Shown: positions 47,062-57,251, numbered from the stretch's first letter. The stretch is 64,000 nucleotides of DNA from Aquimonas sp. (GCA_035440755.1 DAORND010000008.1:1796-65795), one strand, 5' to 3'. Program-made: numbers and translations. The notes: generated by a model not told the origin, from the sequence alone.

Positions 47062-47137
47062 TGGCGCTCCCTACGAGGTTCGAACTCGTGTTTTCGCCGT
47101 GAGAGGGCGACGTCCTGGGCCGCTAGACGAAGGGAGC
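47062..47137 (-). tRNA. tRNA-Glu, anticodon CUC
   Basis: Reverse complement GCTCCCT...TCGCC-CTCTCAC-GGCGA...ACGAG-TTCGAAC-CTCGT-AGGGAGC-G-CCA; 76 nt cloverleaf with encoded CCA. Confidence 0.96.
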
Positions 47138-47284
47138 GCGGTGTTCAGTGACACCTGAGGCGGATAGTATAGCAGCGCCTCGATACAAAATATTGAGCGA
47201 AGACAAATCGCGCCTCTGGGCACGACGCGATGGCAAGTTGGCAGTGCCCCTTGGCGAGCAATCGCCCCAAGTAGATGGATTTGA

Positions 47285-48619
47285 GTGGATTCCAGTCGTA
47301 TACAACCCCGAGTGATTCCGCGACAGGATCACGGGATATCGCGCAAGCAGATCAGCCCGAACGCACTCCGTGTGCTTTACCGCCTCCAGGAGGCGGGCTT
47401 TTCGGCCTATCTCGTTGGCGGTGCCGTTCGTGACTTGTTGGTGGGTGGTTCGCCCAAAGACTTCGATGTGGCTACCGATGCGACGCCGGATCAGGTGCGT
47501 GCGCTGTTTCGCAATTGTCGCCTGATTGGACGCCGCTTTCGTTTGGCGCATGTGGTCTATGGGCCTGAGATCATCGAGGTCGCCACCTTTCGCGCAGGCG
47601 AGGATGATGGCTCGGGTGAACGCGAGATCGAAAACGGCGTGCTGGTCCGCGACAATGTGTACGGCAGCATCGAGGACGATGCCGTGCGGCGCGACTTCAC
47701 CGCCAATGCCCTCTACTACGCGATCAGCGATTTTTCCGTGCGCGACTTTGTCGGCGGTTACGAAGATGTGCAAGCGCGGCGCTTGAGACTCATTGGCGAT
47801 CCTGCAACGCGCTACCAGGAAGACCCTGTCCGCATGCTTCGTGCGGCGCGGCTGTCGGCGAAACTGGGATTCGAGATTGAGTCGGCGACCGCGGCTCCGA
47901 TAGCGACCTTGGGCTTCTTGCTCGAAGGCTCGTCGAGCGCGCGTTTGTTCGACGAGTCTCTGAAGTTGTTCATGATGGGACACGCTGAGCGCAGCTTCGA
48001 GGTGTTGGAAGCGCATGGTCTATTGCCGGTGTTGCTACCCGAACTGGCGAAGGCGCTGTGCAACGATCCGCATGGGCAGTGCCGGTCCATGGTCAGGCTT
48101 GCGTTGGCAATGACGGATGAGCGTGTCGCCGCGGACAAGCCGGTCACGCCCGCATTCCTTTTTGCTGCCCTGCTGTGGCCGGCTTATGCGTCCGAATTGC
48201 ACCATTTGTTGATGTCGGGTGCGGATCTCGCTGTCGCGGAACAACGCGCTGCCGATCGTGTCACCTTGCGACAAACTGATCGGCTAGCCATCCCGAAACG
48301 CTTCACCGTGCCGATGCATGAGATCTGGTGGTTGCAGTCGCGGTTTCCGCTGCGCCAGCGGAAACGCGTCCTCCGGTTGTTGCATCACCCGCGCTTCCGA
48401 GCTGCCTTCGATTTTCTCGAATTGCGTGCCGAGGCGGCCCCGGAATTGACGGATGAGGTCGCTTGGTGGCGTGACGCGCAGTCGGTGGACGTGGATGCGC
48501 TGGTCGAGCGGTTGCAACCGAAAACCGGTCGCAGTGGGTCGCGTGAAGCAGGCTCGGTCAGCGCGCCAACAGGGCGCCGTCGAAAGCCACGGCGTCGGCC
48601 TGCTCCGCCACCAGCATGA
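47285..48619 (+). CDS. pcnB: Poly(A) polymerase I
   Basis: YLVGGAVRDLL..PKDFDVAT, LIGRRFRLAHV, RRDFTANAL, EDPVRMLRA; followed by folK-panB-panC. Confidence 0.96.
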   Translation: MDSSRIQPRVIPRQDHGISRKQISPNALRVLYRLQEAGFSAYLVGGAVRDLLVGGSPKDFDVATDATPDQVRALFRNCRLIGRRFRLAHVVYGPEIIEVATFRAGEDDGSGEREIENGVLVRDNVYGSIEDDAVRRDFTANALYYAISDFSVRDFVGGYEDVQARRLRLIGDPATRYQEDPVRMLRAARLSAKLGFEIESATAAPIATLGFLLEGSSSARLFDESLKLFMMGHAERSFEVLEAHGLLPVLLPELAKALCNDPHGQCRSMVRLALAMTDERVAADKPVTPAFLFAALLWPAYASELHHLLMSGADLAVAEQRAADRVTLRQTDRLAIPKRFTVPMHEIWWLQSRFPLRQRKRVLRLLHHPRFRAAFDFLELRAEAAPELTDEVAWWRDAQSVDVDALVERLQPKTGRSGSREAGSVSAPTGRRRKPRRRPAPPPA

Positions 48620-49119
48620 TGGTGGCGCAGGAAAGGGCGGCGTTCGTTGGAGTTGGAAGCAACCTGGATGATCCGCAAACGCAGGTGGAACGTGCGGTCG
48701 CGGCGCTAGCCGCGATCGATCAATGCCGCGTGCTGGCCGTTTCTGGTTCTTATCAGTCCGAACCGATAGGCAAGCTTGACCAGCCGGACTTCGTCAATGC
48801 CGTGGTAAAGGTGGCAACGACCTTGACACCGTCAGAGCTGCTTGGGCGGTTGCTGGAAATCGAACTTCGTGCAGGACGCCAGCGGCAAGAGCGATGGGGT
48901 CCGCGCGTGCTGGATCTTGATCTGTTGCTGTATGACGACCTGGTGCAGACCTCGGGTGCGCCTATACTCCCGCACCCGAGGATGCATGAGCGGGCTTTCG
49001 TGTTGGTGCCACTGCTCGATATCGCTGCGGATATCCTGATTCCGGGACATGGCACTGTGAACTCCTGCCTGAAGAAGCTTGGACCACAGCGTTTGGTCCG
49101 TTGCGGGCACCCATCCTGA
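48616..49119 (+). CDS. folK: 2-amino-4-hydroxy-6-hydroxymethyldihydropteridine diphosphokinase
   Basis: GVGSNL, QPDFVNAV, RWGPRVLDLDLL, PHPRMHERAFVL.PL. Confidence 0.97.
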   Translation: MMVAQERAAFVGVGSNLDDPQTQVERAVAALAAIDQCRVLAVSGSYQSEPIGKLDQPDFVNAVVKVATTLTPSELLGRLLEIELRAGRQRQERWGPRVLDLDLLLYDDLVQTSGAPILPHPRMHERAFVLVPLLDIAADILIPGHGTVNSCLKKLGPQRLVRCGHPS

Positions 49120-49151
49120 CTTTTTGTTGCTTCTGCACGGATATATCGACG

Positions 49152-49982
49152 ATGTACAGCAGTAAGTCCGAAGTCCCTTCGCGCGCACCGGTCACCGTTC
49201 CCGATCTGCTCAAGATGAAACATGCAGGCAGAAGGATCGTCTGCGTGACGGCCTACGATGCCAGTTTCGCCCGAGTCATGGATCGCGCGGGTGTGGATGT
49301 GGTGTTGGTAGGTGATTCGCTGGGCATGGTCGTGCAAGGCCATACGTCGACCTTGCCAGTTAGCTTGCGCGACGTGTGCTACCACAGCGCGGCGGTTGCG
49401 CGTGGGCTGGCTTCCACCTTGCTGATGGCGGATTTGCCGTTTCAGACCTATGCCTCGCCTGCGCAAGCGCACGCATCCGCGACGCTCTTGATGGCGGAGG
49501 GTGGTGCCTCAATGGTCAAGCTGGAGGGAGCCGGTGTCATCCTCGACAGTATTCATTACTTGTCCGAACGCGACATCCCGGTCTGTGCCCATCTTGGCTT
49601 GACCCCACAGTCGGTGACCCAGTTGGGTGGATTCAAAGTCCAGGGTCGCGATGACATCGCCGCTGAAAAATTGCGACGGCAGGCGCTTGAGGTTCAGCAG
49701 GCGGGTGCATCGCTGTTGGTGCTTGAGTGCATTCCCGCGGCCTTGGCCGGGGAAATTACCGAGGCGCTGACGATTCCGACGATCGGAATTGGGGCTGGCC
49801 CGCTGTGCGATGGCCAGGTGTTGGTCATGCATGACCTGCTTGGGTTGGCAGGTCGCAGCCGTCGCCCTCGTTTCGTCAAGAACTTCCTGCAAGGCAGGGA
49901 TTCAGTGGAAGATGCGTTCCTGGCGTACGCAACGGATGTACGCGAGGGGAGATTTCCTGCCGCGGAGCATATCTACGAATGA
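49152..49982 (+). CDS. panB: 3-methyl-2-oxobutanoate hydroxymethyltransferase
   Basis: TAYDA, LVGDSLGM, VKLEG, HLGLTPQ, IGIGAG..CDGQVLV. Confidence 0.97.
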   Translation: MYSSKSEVPSRAPVTVPDLLKMKHAGRRIVCVTAYDASFARVMDRAGVDVVLVGDSLGMVVQGHTSTLPVSLRDVCYHSAAVARGLASTLLMADLPFQTYASPAQAHASATLLMAEGGASMVKLEGAGVILDSIHYLSERDIPVCAHLGLTPQSVTQLGGFKVQGRDDIAAEKLRRQALEVQQAGASLLVLECIPAALAGEITEALTIPTIGIGAGPLCDGQVLVMHDLLGLAGRSRRPRFVKNFLQGRDSVEDAFLAYATDVREGRFPAAEHIYE

Positions 49983-50833
49983 TCAAGTGCGAGCAACCCT
50001 CTGAGATTCGCAGTCTGGTTAGACGCTGGCAGCTTGACGGCTTGCGTGTCGCCTTTGTTCCCACGATGGGGAACCTGCATGCCGGGCATTTCAGTTTGGT
50101 GGAGTTGGCGCGACGTCACGCAGATCGCGTGGTGACGAGTGTGTTCGTCAATCCGACCCAATTTGGCCCGAATGAAGACTTCGCCCGCTATCCACGGACC
50201 ATCGAGCGCGACGCAGTCGGGTTGGAGGCAGTTGGCAGCGATGCGATGTTCGTTCCCGAGCCGCACGCGCTGTACCCGATGGGGGCGGCGAATGCCGTCC
50301 GCGTGGAGGTTCCTCCGATTGATCGGATTCTCTGTGGTGCCCATCGACCAGGGCATTTTTCGGGTGTGGCGACGGTGGTTTTGCGGCTGCTGCACTGCGT
50401 GCCAGCGGACTGCGCGGTGTTCGGCAGCAAGGATTACCAACAGCTGCAGATCATCCGACGTCTGGTTCAGGATCTGCTGATGCCCGTTGAATTGATCGCG
50501 GGAGCCACCTGCCGCGAGCCTGATGGACTGGCGATGAGTTCGCGGAATCAGTACTTGTTGCCGGACGAGCGTGAGCTTGCGCCCTTGCTCTTCGCCAAGC
50601 TTCGATCCGTCGCATCGGCAGTTCAAATGGGACAACCGGTTGGGGCGGTACTGTCCAATGCACAGGCGGAGTTGACCCGAGTTGGCTTCAGTGTTGACTA
50701 CATCGAGGTTCGCGAAGCCGAGACGCTCGCCGACTGGTATCCCGACGCTCGACGTGGTGTTGCGCTGGTCGCGGCCCGCATTGGCAACACGCGTTTGATC
50801 GACAACCTCGAGTTTGTGCTGACGGAAGACTAG
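49979..50833 (+). CDS. panC: Pantoate-beta-alanine ligase
   Basis: FVPTMGNLHAGH, FVNPTQF, RPGHF.GV, FGSKDYQQ, REPDGLAMSSRN, RLIDN. Confidence 0.97.
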   Translation: MIKCEQPSEIRSLVRRWQLDGLRVAFVPTMGNLHAGHFSLVELARRHADRVVTSVFVNPTQFGPNEDFARYPRTIERDAVGLEAVGSDAMFVPEPHALYPMGAANAVRVEVPPIDRILCGAHRPGHFSGVATVVLRLLHCVPADCAVFGSKDYQQLQIIRRLVQDLLMPVELIAGATCREPDGLAMSSRNQYLLPDERELAPLLFAKLRSVASAVQMGQPVGAVLSNAQAELTRVGFSVDYIEVREAETLADWYPDARRGVALVAARIGNTRLIDNLEFVLTED

Positions 50834-50916
50834 CTGCGACAGCGGACTTGAAGCGGCTGGTGGTGGTTTAGCTACAACACTGTTGTTTTTTTCCAAAACC
50901 CGTTGTAAGCTTGCCA

Positions 50917-51025
50917 CAACTTGAGTGATCCGCGACTTTGGCGCGACCACTCGGTTGCAGCAGGGCGCTGTCAGGTAATTGTCACTCCGTTTAATCCCCG
51001 CAAGGAAGCTTGCGGGGTTTTTTTT
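50917..51025 (+). ncRNA. Candidate trans-acting small RNA (~108 nt)
   Basis: TTGTTT-N17-TAAGCT promoter (50883-50911), 5' hairpin 50917-50957, unstructured middle, terminator with 8 T. No credible ORF. Confidence 0.6.
50996..51025 (+). terminator. Strong rho-independent terminator
   Basis: CCCCGCAAG-GAAG-CTTGCGGGG followed by TTTTTTTT. Confidence 0.92.
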
Positions 51026-51160
51026 GCCTGGAAATTGCGTGTTTTGTTGTTTTTTTGCAACGCATGTTTGCGACGAAACGTCAGCCCAACGAGCTTGTAG
51101 TTGCAAGCGCGCCATCTTCTGGCACTGTGTCGACCTTCCCCGGGCAGCGGACAGGTCGTC

Positions 51161-52687
51161 ATGAGTGCAGCGTTGTTGAACCATTGGGATGCGCTCAAGG
51201 CGCAGGCGGATCGCTTGCTTGCCACTCCACTCGCTGGTCTGGCGTCCGGAGTGGATCACGTTTCGCGTTGCATGCTGACATTGGACAACCTGCATTTTGT
51301 CTTTGCTCGACAGCGCATCGATCAGTCCGCTCTGGAGCGACTGCTCGCCCTGGCGGGTGATGCGGGTGTTCAGGAGAGACTGCAGGCATTGATGGATGGC
51401 GAAACAGTCAACACCACCGAATCGCGGGCCGCCTTGCATTCCGCCTTGCGTTTCGGTGGCGCCACCGGTGCGTCCGCCAAAGAAGCGCGTGCGGCGGCGT
51501 TGGAAGTGCGTGTGCGAATGGAGCTGCTGACTGAACAGCTTGCTGCCAGTGCAGTGACGGACATTGTCAGTGTCGGTATCGGCGGCTCCGATTTGGGTCC
51601 CCGGTTGGTGGTCGATGCCTTGCGTGAACACCACGAAGGTCGTTTCCGCGTTCATTTCATCGGCAATGTCGATGGTAGTGGTGCGCATCGCTTGCTGCCA
51701 ACGCTGGACCCCAAGCGGACGGCGGTGATCTTGGTGTCGAAGAGCTTCTCCACCCAGGAGACGCACCTGAATGGTCAGATTCTGCGGCAGTGGCTAGGCG
51801 ATGACTCGCGCTTCTTCGCGGTGACGTCCAAGCCGCAGGCAGCGGCGGAGATCGGGGTGGCTCCGGAGCGCATCTTGCCCATGTGGGACTGGGTCGGTGG
51901 ACGCTATTCGTTGTGGTCCGCTGTCGGCTGGTCGGCCCGATTGGCCTTGGGGGCGGATCGATGGGATGCCTTGCTGGAGGGCGCGGCGGCTCTGGATGCG
52001 CATGCCTTGAATGCGCCCTTGGCAAAGAATTTACCTGTGCTGCACGGGTTGTTGGCAATTTGGAATCGCAACTTCCTTGGCTATGCCTCGCACGCCATCC
52101 TTCCATATGACGAACGTCTTGGCTTGTTGCCCGATCATCTGCAGCAGGTGGTGATGGAGAGTCTTGGAAAGTCGGTTCGTCACGACGGGACGCCGGTGAC
52201 CTACGAGACGGTGCCGGTGCTCTGGGGTGGAACCGGGACCAGCAGTCAGCACTCCTTTTTCCAAGCGCTTCATCAAGGAACCGAAGTGGTGCCTGCTGAT
52301 TTCATCGGTGTCGTGCGGCCCGATCATCCACATCGCGAAAATCACCAAGCATTGCTGGCCAACTTGCTAGCGCAGATGGAGGCATTGGCGTCCGGCAGCC
52401 AATCCGACAACGCGCATCGTTGCTACGCGGGAGGACGGCCGTCCTCGTTGATCTTGTTGGACAGCTTGGATCCCTATTCCTTGGGAATGCTGCTGGCCTT
52501 GTATGAGCATTCGGTGTTCGTGCAGTCCGTGCTGTGGGGCATCAACGCGTTTGATCAGTGGGGTGTAGAGCTGGGTAAACGTCTAGCCAATGAACTGCTG
52601 CCCGCACTGCGCGGGGAGGGCGAAGCCGGTGACGCGATCAGTCGCGAGCTGGTGAAACTCGTTCGTGGAGTCGCTTTGCGCAGTTGA
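51161..52687 (+). CDS. pgi: Glucose-6-phosphate isomerase
   Basis: VNTTE.RAALH, GIGGSDLGP, VSKSF.T.ET, WVGGRYSLWS, QQVVMESLGK, QHSFFQ..HQG, FDQWGVELGK. Confidence 0.97.
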   Translation: MSAALLNHWDALKAQADRLLATPLAGLASGVDHVSRCMLTLDNLHFVFARQRIDQSALERLLALAGDAGVQERLQALMDGETVNTTESRAALHSALRFGGATGASAKEARAAALEVRVRMELLTEQLAASAVTDIVSVGIGGSDLGPRLVVDALREHHEGRFRVHFIGNVDGSGAHRLLPTLDPKRTAVILVSKSFSTQETHLNGQILRQWLGDDSRFFAVTSKPQAAAEIGVAPERILPMWDWVGGRYSLWSAVGWSARLALGADRWDALLEGAAALDAHALNAPLAKNLPVLHGLLAIWNRNFLGYASHAILPYDERLGLLPDHLQQVVMESLGKSVRHDGTPVTYETVPVLWGGTGTSSQHSFFQALHQGTEVVPADFIGVVRPDHPHRENHQALLANLLAQMEALASGSQSDNAHRCYAGGRPSSLILLDSLDPYSLGMLLALYEHSVFVQSVLWGINAFDQWGVELGKRLANELLPALRGEGEAGDAISRELVKLVRGVALRS

Positions 52688-53779
52688 TCAGTCGTGCGAT
52701 GGGGTGTGCTGCGCGATCGCCCAGCGAACATGCTCGCGCACGAGTTCGGATGGGTGCTCGAGGCGTTGGCGCAAGGCGTGGATGACCGTCGCGCTGCTCG
52801 CGGTATTGCCTAGTGCGATGGCGATGTTGCGGAGCCAGCGTTCATAGCCGATGCGTCGGATGGCAGAGCCTTCCGTCCTGGTGAGGAAAGTGGTCTCGTC
52901 CCAAGCGAAAAGGTCGATCAGCGACTGTCGATCAAGCCCGTGTCGGATGACGAAATCCGGCTCGGCGCTGAGCCGTGCGAATTTGTTCCATGGGCAGACG
53001 AGTTGACAGTCGTCGCAACCGTAGATGCGGTTGCCAATCGCTTTGCGAAACGCCAACGGGATCGCGCCCTGCAGTTCGATGGTCAAATACGAGATGCAGC
53101 GACGCGCATCCACTTGGTAGGGCGCGACGATTGCTTGCGTGGGACAGGCGACCAGGCAGCGTGTGCAGGTTCCGCAGTGGTCCGAACTTGGCGGGTCGGT
53201 GGGAAGTGCGAGATCGGTATAGATCTCTCCAAGGAAAAACCATGAGCCGCTGCGGGCGTCGATCAAATTGGTGTGCTTGCCGATCCAGCCTAGCCCCGCG
53301 TTGCGTGCCAACGCCTTCTCCAGGACCGGCGCAGAATCCGTAAACACCCGGTAGCCAAACTGACCAAACTTGGACGCAATCGTGTCAGCGAGCCTTTGCA
53401 GACGTTGCCGTAGCACCTTGTGGTAGTCACGGCCTAGTGCGTAGCGCGATATGTAGCCGAGGTTCGTGTCAGTGAGGGCCGACTCCGCGTTGCTGATGCC
53501 TTCGGGCAGGTAGTCCATGCGCGCACTCAGCACGCTGATGGTGCCCGGAACCAGAGCGTCAGGTCGCGAGCGTGCAACACCATGGCGTGCCATGTAGGCC
53601 ATTTCGCCATGACGACCCTTTTCCAACCACGCGAGCAGGTGCTTCTCGTCGTCACTCAATGTCGTGGATGTGATCCCAAGATGTTGAAATCCAAGGGTTC
53701 GTGCCATCTGCTTGGCGAAGGCTGCACATTCCTCTGCGACATCCGGTCGCACCCTTTGACTTGGATCAAGCACGCTCAT
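52688..53779 (-). CDS. queG: Epoxyqueuosine reductase
   Basis: [61 protein letters not shown]. Confidence 0.97.
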   Translation of the reverse strand: MSVLDPSQRVRPDVAEECAAFAKQMARTLGFQHLGITSTTLSDDEKHLLAWLEKGRHGEMAYMARHGVARSRPDALVPGTISVLSARMDYLPEGISNAESALTDTNLGYISRYALGRDYHKVLRQRLQRLADTIASKFGQFGYRVFTDSAPVLEKALARNAGLGWIGKHTNLIDARSGSWFFLGEIYTDLALPTDPPSSDHCGTCTRCLVACPTQAIVAPYQVDARRCISYLTIELQGAIPLAFRKAIGNRIYGCDDCQLVCPWNKFARLSAEPDFVIRHGLDRQSLIDLFAWDETTFLTRTEGSAIRRIGYERWLRNIAIALGNTASSATVIHALRQRLEHPSELVREHVRWAIAQHTPSHD

Positions 53780-53797
53780 TTTGCTCCCGCTCACAAT
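53756..53797 (+). promoter_or_regulatory. FNR/Anr-type class II promoter for ccoNOQP
   Basis: TTGAC-TTGG-ATCAA (53756-69; one mismatch to TTGAT-N4-ATCAA). With its centre at -41.5, CACAAT (53792-97) falls at -12..-7. Confidence 0.7.
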
Positions 53798-53826
53798 TCG
53801 CCCGACTCATAGAAGGGGACGCCCCG

Positions 53827-55275
53827 ATGGCGATTGCAATGGATAAATCGAGTTTCTACAACGACAAGGTGGTGCGGCAGTTCGCGGTGATGACCGTGGT
53901 CTGGGGCATCGTGGGGATGCTGGTTGGCGTGATTATCGCTGCTCAGCTGTTCTGGCCAGATCTCACGGCCGGGATTCCGTGGTTGTCGTACGGGCGTCTC
54001 CGCCCGCTGCACACCAACGCGGTGATTTTCGCGTTCGGTGGGTCGGCGTTGTTTGCGACCAGTTACTACATCGTGCAACGCACCTCGCACGCGCGTCTTT
54101 TCGGCGGTCCCTTGGCAGCCTTCACCTTCTGGGGTTGGCAACTGATCATCGTCCTGGCGGCGGTCAGCCTTCCCTTGGGTATCACCCAAGGTAAGGAATA
54201 CGCCGAGCTTGAGTGGCCGATCGACTGGTTGATCACCGTCGTCTGGGTGGTCTACGCAGTCGTGTTCTTCGGCACGATTGCGATGCGAAAGGTCAAACAT
54301 ATCTATGTTGCCAATTGGTTCTTCGCCGCCTACATCATCACCATCGCCGTGCTGCACATCGGGAACAACCTGATGATGCCGGTGACGGCTACCAAGTCCT
54401 TCGGCATCCTGAGCGGTTCGGTTGATGCCATGACCCAGTGGTGGTACGGCCACAACGCGGTGGGCTTTTTCCTGACAGCCGCCTTCCTCGGCATGATGTA
54501 CTACTTCATTCCCAAGCAGGCCGGTCGTCCGGTGTTCTCCTACCGGTTGTCGATCGTCCACTTCTGGGCACTGATTGCGATCTACATGTGGGCGGGTCCG
54601 CATCACCTGATGTATACGGCTTTGCCGGACTGGGCGCAGAGCCTGGGTATGGTGTTCTCCTTGGTGCTGTTGGCACCGTCTTGGGGTGGCATGATCAACG
54701 GCATGATGACCCTGTCGGGTGCCTGGCACAAACTGCGTACTGACCCGATCATCAAGTTCCTGATCGTTGCCCTGTCGTTCTACGCCATGAGCACCTTCGA
54801 AGGGCCGATGATGTCGATCAAGACGGTCAACTCGCTGTCGCATTACACCGACTGGACCGTGGGCCATGTGCATTCCGGCGCCCTTGGTTGGGTGGCGATG
54901 ATCACCGTCGGCTCCCTGTATGCCTTGCTGCCGCGTCTGTGGGGTCTGGGCTCGATGTATTCGGTCAAGCTCATTGATACACACTTCTGGATTCATACCA
55001 TTGGCGTGGTGTTCTACATCGCCTCGATGTGGATCGCGGGTGTGATGCAGGGCCTGATGTGGCGCGCCAACAATGCGGATGGCACCTTGACCTACACCTT
55101 CGTAGAGTCGCTCAAGGCCACTTATCCCTACTACCTGTTCCGGTTGCTGGGTGGCGTGATGGTGCTGACCGGCATGCTGATCATGGCCTACAACGTATGG
55201 CAGACCTACCTGCTCGCGAAGACCATTCCCGACGCCCCAGTGTTGCCTGCTGCGCCCGAGCCTGCCCACGCCTGA
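53827..55275 (+). CDS. ccoN: cbb3-type cytochrome c oxidase subunit I
   Basis: [50 protein letters not shown]. Confidence 0.98.
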   Translation: MAIAMDKSSFYNDKVVRQFAVMTVVWGIVGMLVGVIIAAQLFWPDLTAGIPWLSYGRLRPLHTNAVIFAFGGSALFATSYYIVQRTSHARLFGGPLAAFTFWGWQLIIVLAAVSLPLGITQGKEYAELEWPIDWLITVVWVVYAVVFFGTIAMRKVKHIYVANWFFAAYIITIAVLHIGNNLMMPVTATKSFGILSGSVDAMTQWWYGHNAVGFFLTAAFLGMMYYFIPKQAGRPVFSYRLSIVHFWALIAIYMWAGPHHLMYTALPDWAQSLGMVFSLVLLAPSWGGMINGMMTLSGAWHKLRTDPIIKFLIVALSFYAMSTFEGPMMSIKTVNSLSHYTDWTVGHVHSGALGWVAMITVGSLYALLPRLWGLGSMYSVKLIDTHFWIHTIGVVFYIASMWIAGVMQGLMWRANNADGTLTYTFVESLKATYPYYLFRLLGGVMVLTGMLIMAYNVWQTYLLAKTIPDAPVLPAAPEPAHA

Positions 55276-55327
55276 TCATTGACTGGGGCGCACGGTTGAA
55301 CGTGCGTCCCAACATGGAGCCGAACAC

Positions 55328-55969
55328 ATGAATCACGAAAATGTCGAAAAAAATGTTGGCTTGATGGGCGTCTTGATCGCGGTAGCGATCGCGTCCGGTG
55401 GCTTGTCGCAGATCATTCCGCTGATGTTCCAGGCGGAAGCGGTCGAACCGATCCCCGGCGTCAAACCCTATGCGGCGTTGGAACTTGCGGGCCGCGAAGT
55501 CTATGTGCGTGAAGGCTGCTACAACTGCCACTCGCAGATGATTCGTACCCTGCGCTTCGAGACCGAGCGCTATGGCCACTACTCGCTGGCCGGTGAGTCG
55601 GTCTACGATCGTCCGTTCCAGTGGGGGTCAAAGCGTACCGGTCCCGATCTTGCTCGTGTCGGTGGTCGCTATTCCGACGACTGGCAACGCGCTCATCTGA
55701 TGAATCCGCGTGATGTGGTGCCGGAATCGAATATGCCACGCTACTCATGGCTCGCAGATGCGCCGGTCGACGGGGCTCAGATCACGAGCTACATGACGGC
55801 GCTGAAAACTATCGGTGATCCCTATACCGATGCGGATATTGCCGGTGCGGCGGCGGCTGTGGAAGGCAAGACCGAAATGGATGCGGTGATTGCCTACCTG
55901 CAAGGTCTGGGGAGACATGCTCCTCGTTTGGGCGCCATTGGCGTTGGTCAAGCGGAATCCGCTCCATGA
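55328..55969 (+). CDS. ccoO: cbb3-type oxidase subunit II (monoheme c)
   Basis: [35 protein letters not shown]. Confidence 0.98.
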   Translation: MNHENVEKNVGLMGVLIAVAIASGGLSQIIPLMFQAEAVEPIPGVKPYAALELAGREVYVREGCYNCHSQMIRTLRFETERYGHYSLAGESVYDRPFQWGSKRTGPDLARVGGRYSDDWQRAHLMNPRDVVPESNMPRYSWLADAPVDGAQITSYMTALKTIGDPYTDADIAGAAAAVEGKTEMDAVIAYLQGLGRHAPRLGAIGVGQAESAP

Positions 55970-56160
55970 CGCAGGGCGCGTTTTCCGGACTGATCACGGT
56001 GTTCCTGTTTGTCTCGTTCATCGTGGGCGTGTTCTGGGCGTTCAGCAGTAAGCGCAAGGCGGAGTTCGATTTCGCCTCGCAGCTCCCTCTGCAGGACGAT
56101 CCAGAGGCGGAGTTCGTTGCTCAGCGCGAAAAAACCAAATCAAGTGAGAACACCCCATGA
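55966..56160 (+). CDS. ccoQ: cbb3-type oxidase subunit CcoQ
   Basis: Single TM helix, [21 protein letters not shown], located between ccoO and ccoP. Confidence 0.92.
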   Translation: MTQGAFSGLITVFLFVSFIVGVFWAFSSKRKAEFDFASQLPLQDDPEAEFVAQREKTKSSENTP

Positions 56161-57044
56161 GCACATTCTGGACAATCTTCATCGCAGCGTTGGTGGTTAT
56201 CAACCTGCTCGGTTGCATCATCATGATCTACGTCACGGGCAAGCCCGTTCCTGGCCAGAAGGCGGAGGACACGAGCCATGTCTGGGACGGGGATTTAACG
56301 GAGTACAACAAGCCTCTGCCTGCTTGGTGGGTCAATCTGTTCTACGGAACGATCATTTTCACCATCGGCTACCTGGTCTATTACCCAGGGGTCGGGGCTT
56401 TCCAAGGCATTGGTGGCTGGTCGTCGGCCGGCCAGCATGATGCGGATATGGCCGAGCAGGAAAAACAAGTCGCTCCGCTGTTTGCCCAGTTCGCCAATGT
56501 GCCGGTGGCGGAGTTGGCCAAGAACGGCAAAGCGGTGGAGTTGGGGCATTCGGTGTTTGCCAACAACTGCGCGATGTGTCACGGCTCGGACGCCAAGGGC
56601 AACAAAGGTTTCCCGAATCTGACCGATGCCGCTTGGAACTGGGGCGGTACGCCAGATGACATCCTGAATACGGTCCTGAACGGTCGGCAGGCAGCCATGC
56701 CTTCGTTTGCTGCGGTGATCGGCAATGATCAGGCGATCACCGAGACGGCCGCCTACGTGCAGAGTCTGTCCGGAATCAAGGTGGATCCCGCCTTGGCGGC
56801 CGCGGGCAAGCCGCGCTTCGAGATGGTCTGCACTGCCTGCCATGGCCCGACAGGGACCGGTAATCCCATGCTGGGTGCACCGAACCTGACCGATGCCGAT
56901 TGGCTATATGGCAGCGACATCGACACGATCAAGGAAGGCATCATCAAGGGGCGCGCAGGCATGATGCCGCCGCATGAACCGATCATTGGCAAAGATCGCG
57001 CGCGCTTGGTGGCGGCCTACGTGTACTCCCTGACGAACAAGTAG
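56157..57044 (+). CDS. ccoP: cbb3-type oxidase subunit III (diheme c)
   Basis: HVWDGDL.EYNKPLP.WW, CAMCHG and CTACHG, GAPNL.D. Confidence 0.98.
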   Translation: MSTFWTIFIAALVVINLLGCIIMIYVTGKPVPGQKAEDTSHVWDGDLTEYNKPLPAWWVNLFYGTIIFTIGYLVYYPGVGAFQGIGGWSSAGQHDADMAEQEKQVAPLFAQFANVPVAELAKNGKAVELGHSVFANNCAMCHGSDAKGNKGFPNLTDAAWNWGGTPDDILNTVLNGRQAAMPSFAAVIGNDQAITETAAYVQSLSGIKVDPALAAAGKPRFEMVCTACHGPTGTGNPMLGAPNLTDADWLYGSDIDTIKEGIIKGRAGMMPPHEPIIGKDRARLVAAYVYSLTNK

Positions 57045-57078
57045 CAAGCCTTCGGTCTTGACGCCAGAAGCGTCAGCG

Positions 57079-57109
57079 AAAATGGGCACCTTCGGGTGCC
57101 CATTTTTTT
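57079..57109 (+). terminator. Rho-independent terminator after ccoP
   Basis: AAAATGGGCACC-TTCG-GGTGCCCATTTT plus T run (cUUCGg loop). Confidence 0.92.
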
Positions 57110-57251
57110 ACAGATTCAGCGGGAAGATCTCGGCGCTTGATTGATACAAGTTAGCTTTTTTGATTCAGAACAGGGTGTGCCGCCGAAGTATCTGTCAGTC
57201 TTGGCGCACAGATAAGTGGAACATCGTTTTTCAGGAGGCTAAGCAGACGCC

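Noticed and set aside
46700-47284. tRNA-Glu as an island integration site
   Set aside because: No integrase, no duplicated tRNA 3' end, and flanks are core genes (fdxA, pcnB).
57137-57150. Second FNR box (TTGAT-TGAT-ACAAG)
   Set aside because: Right half-site has several mismatches to ATCAA and there is no -10 at the right spacing.
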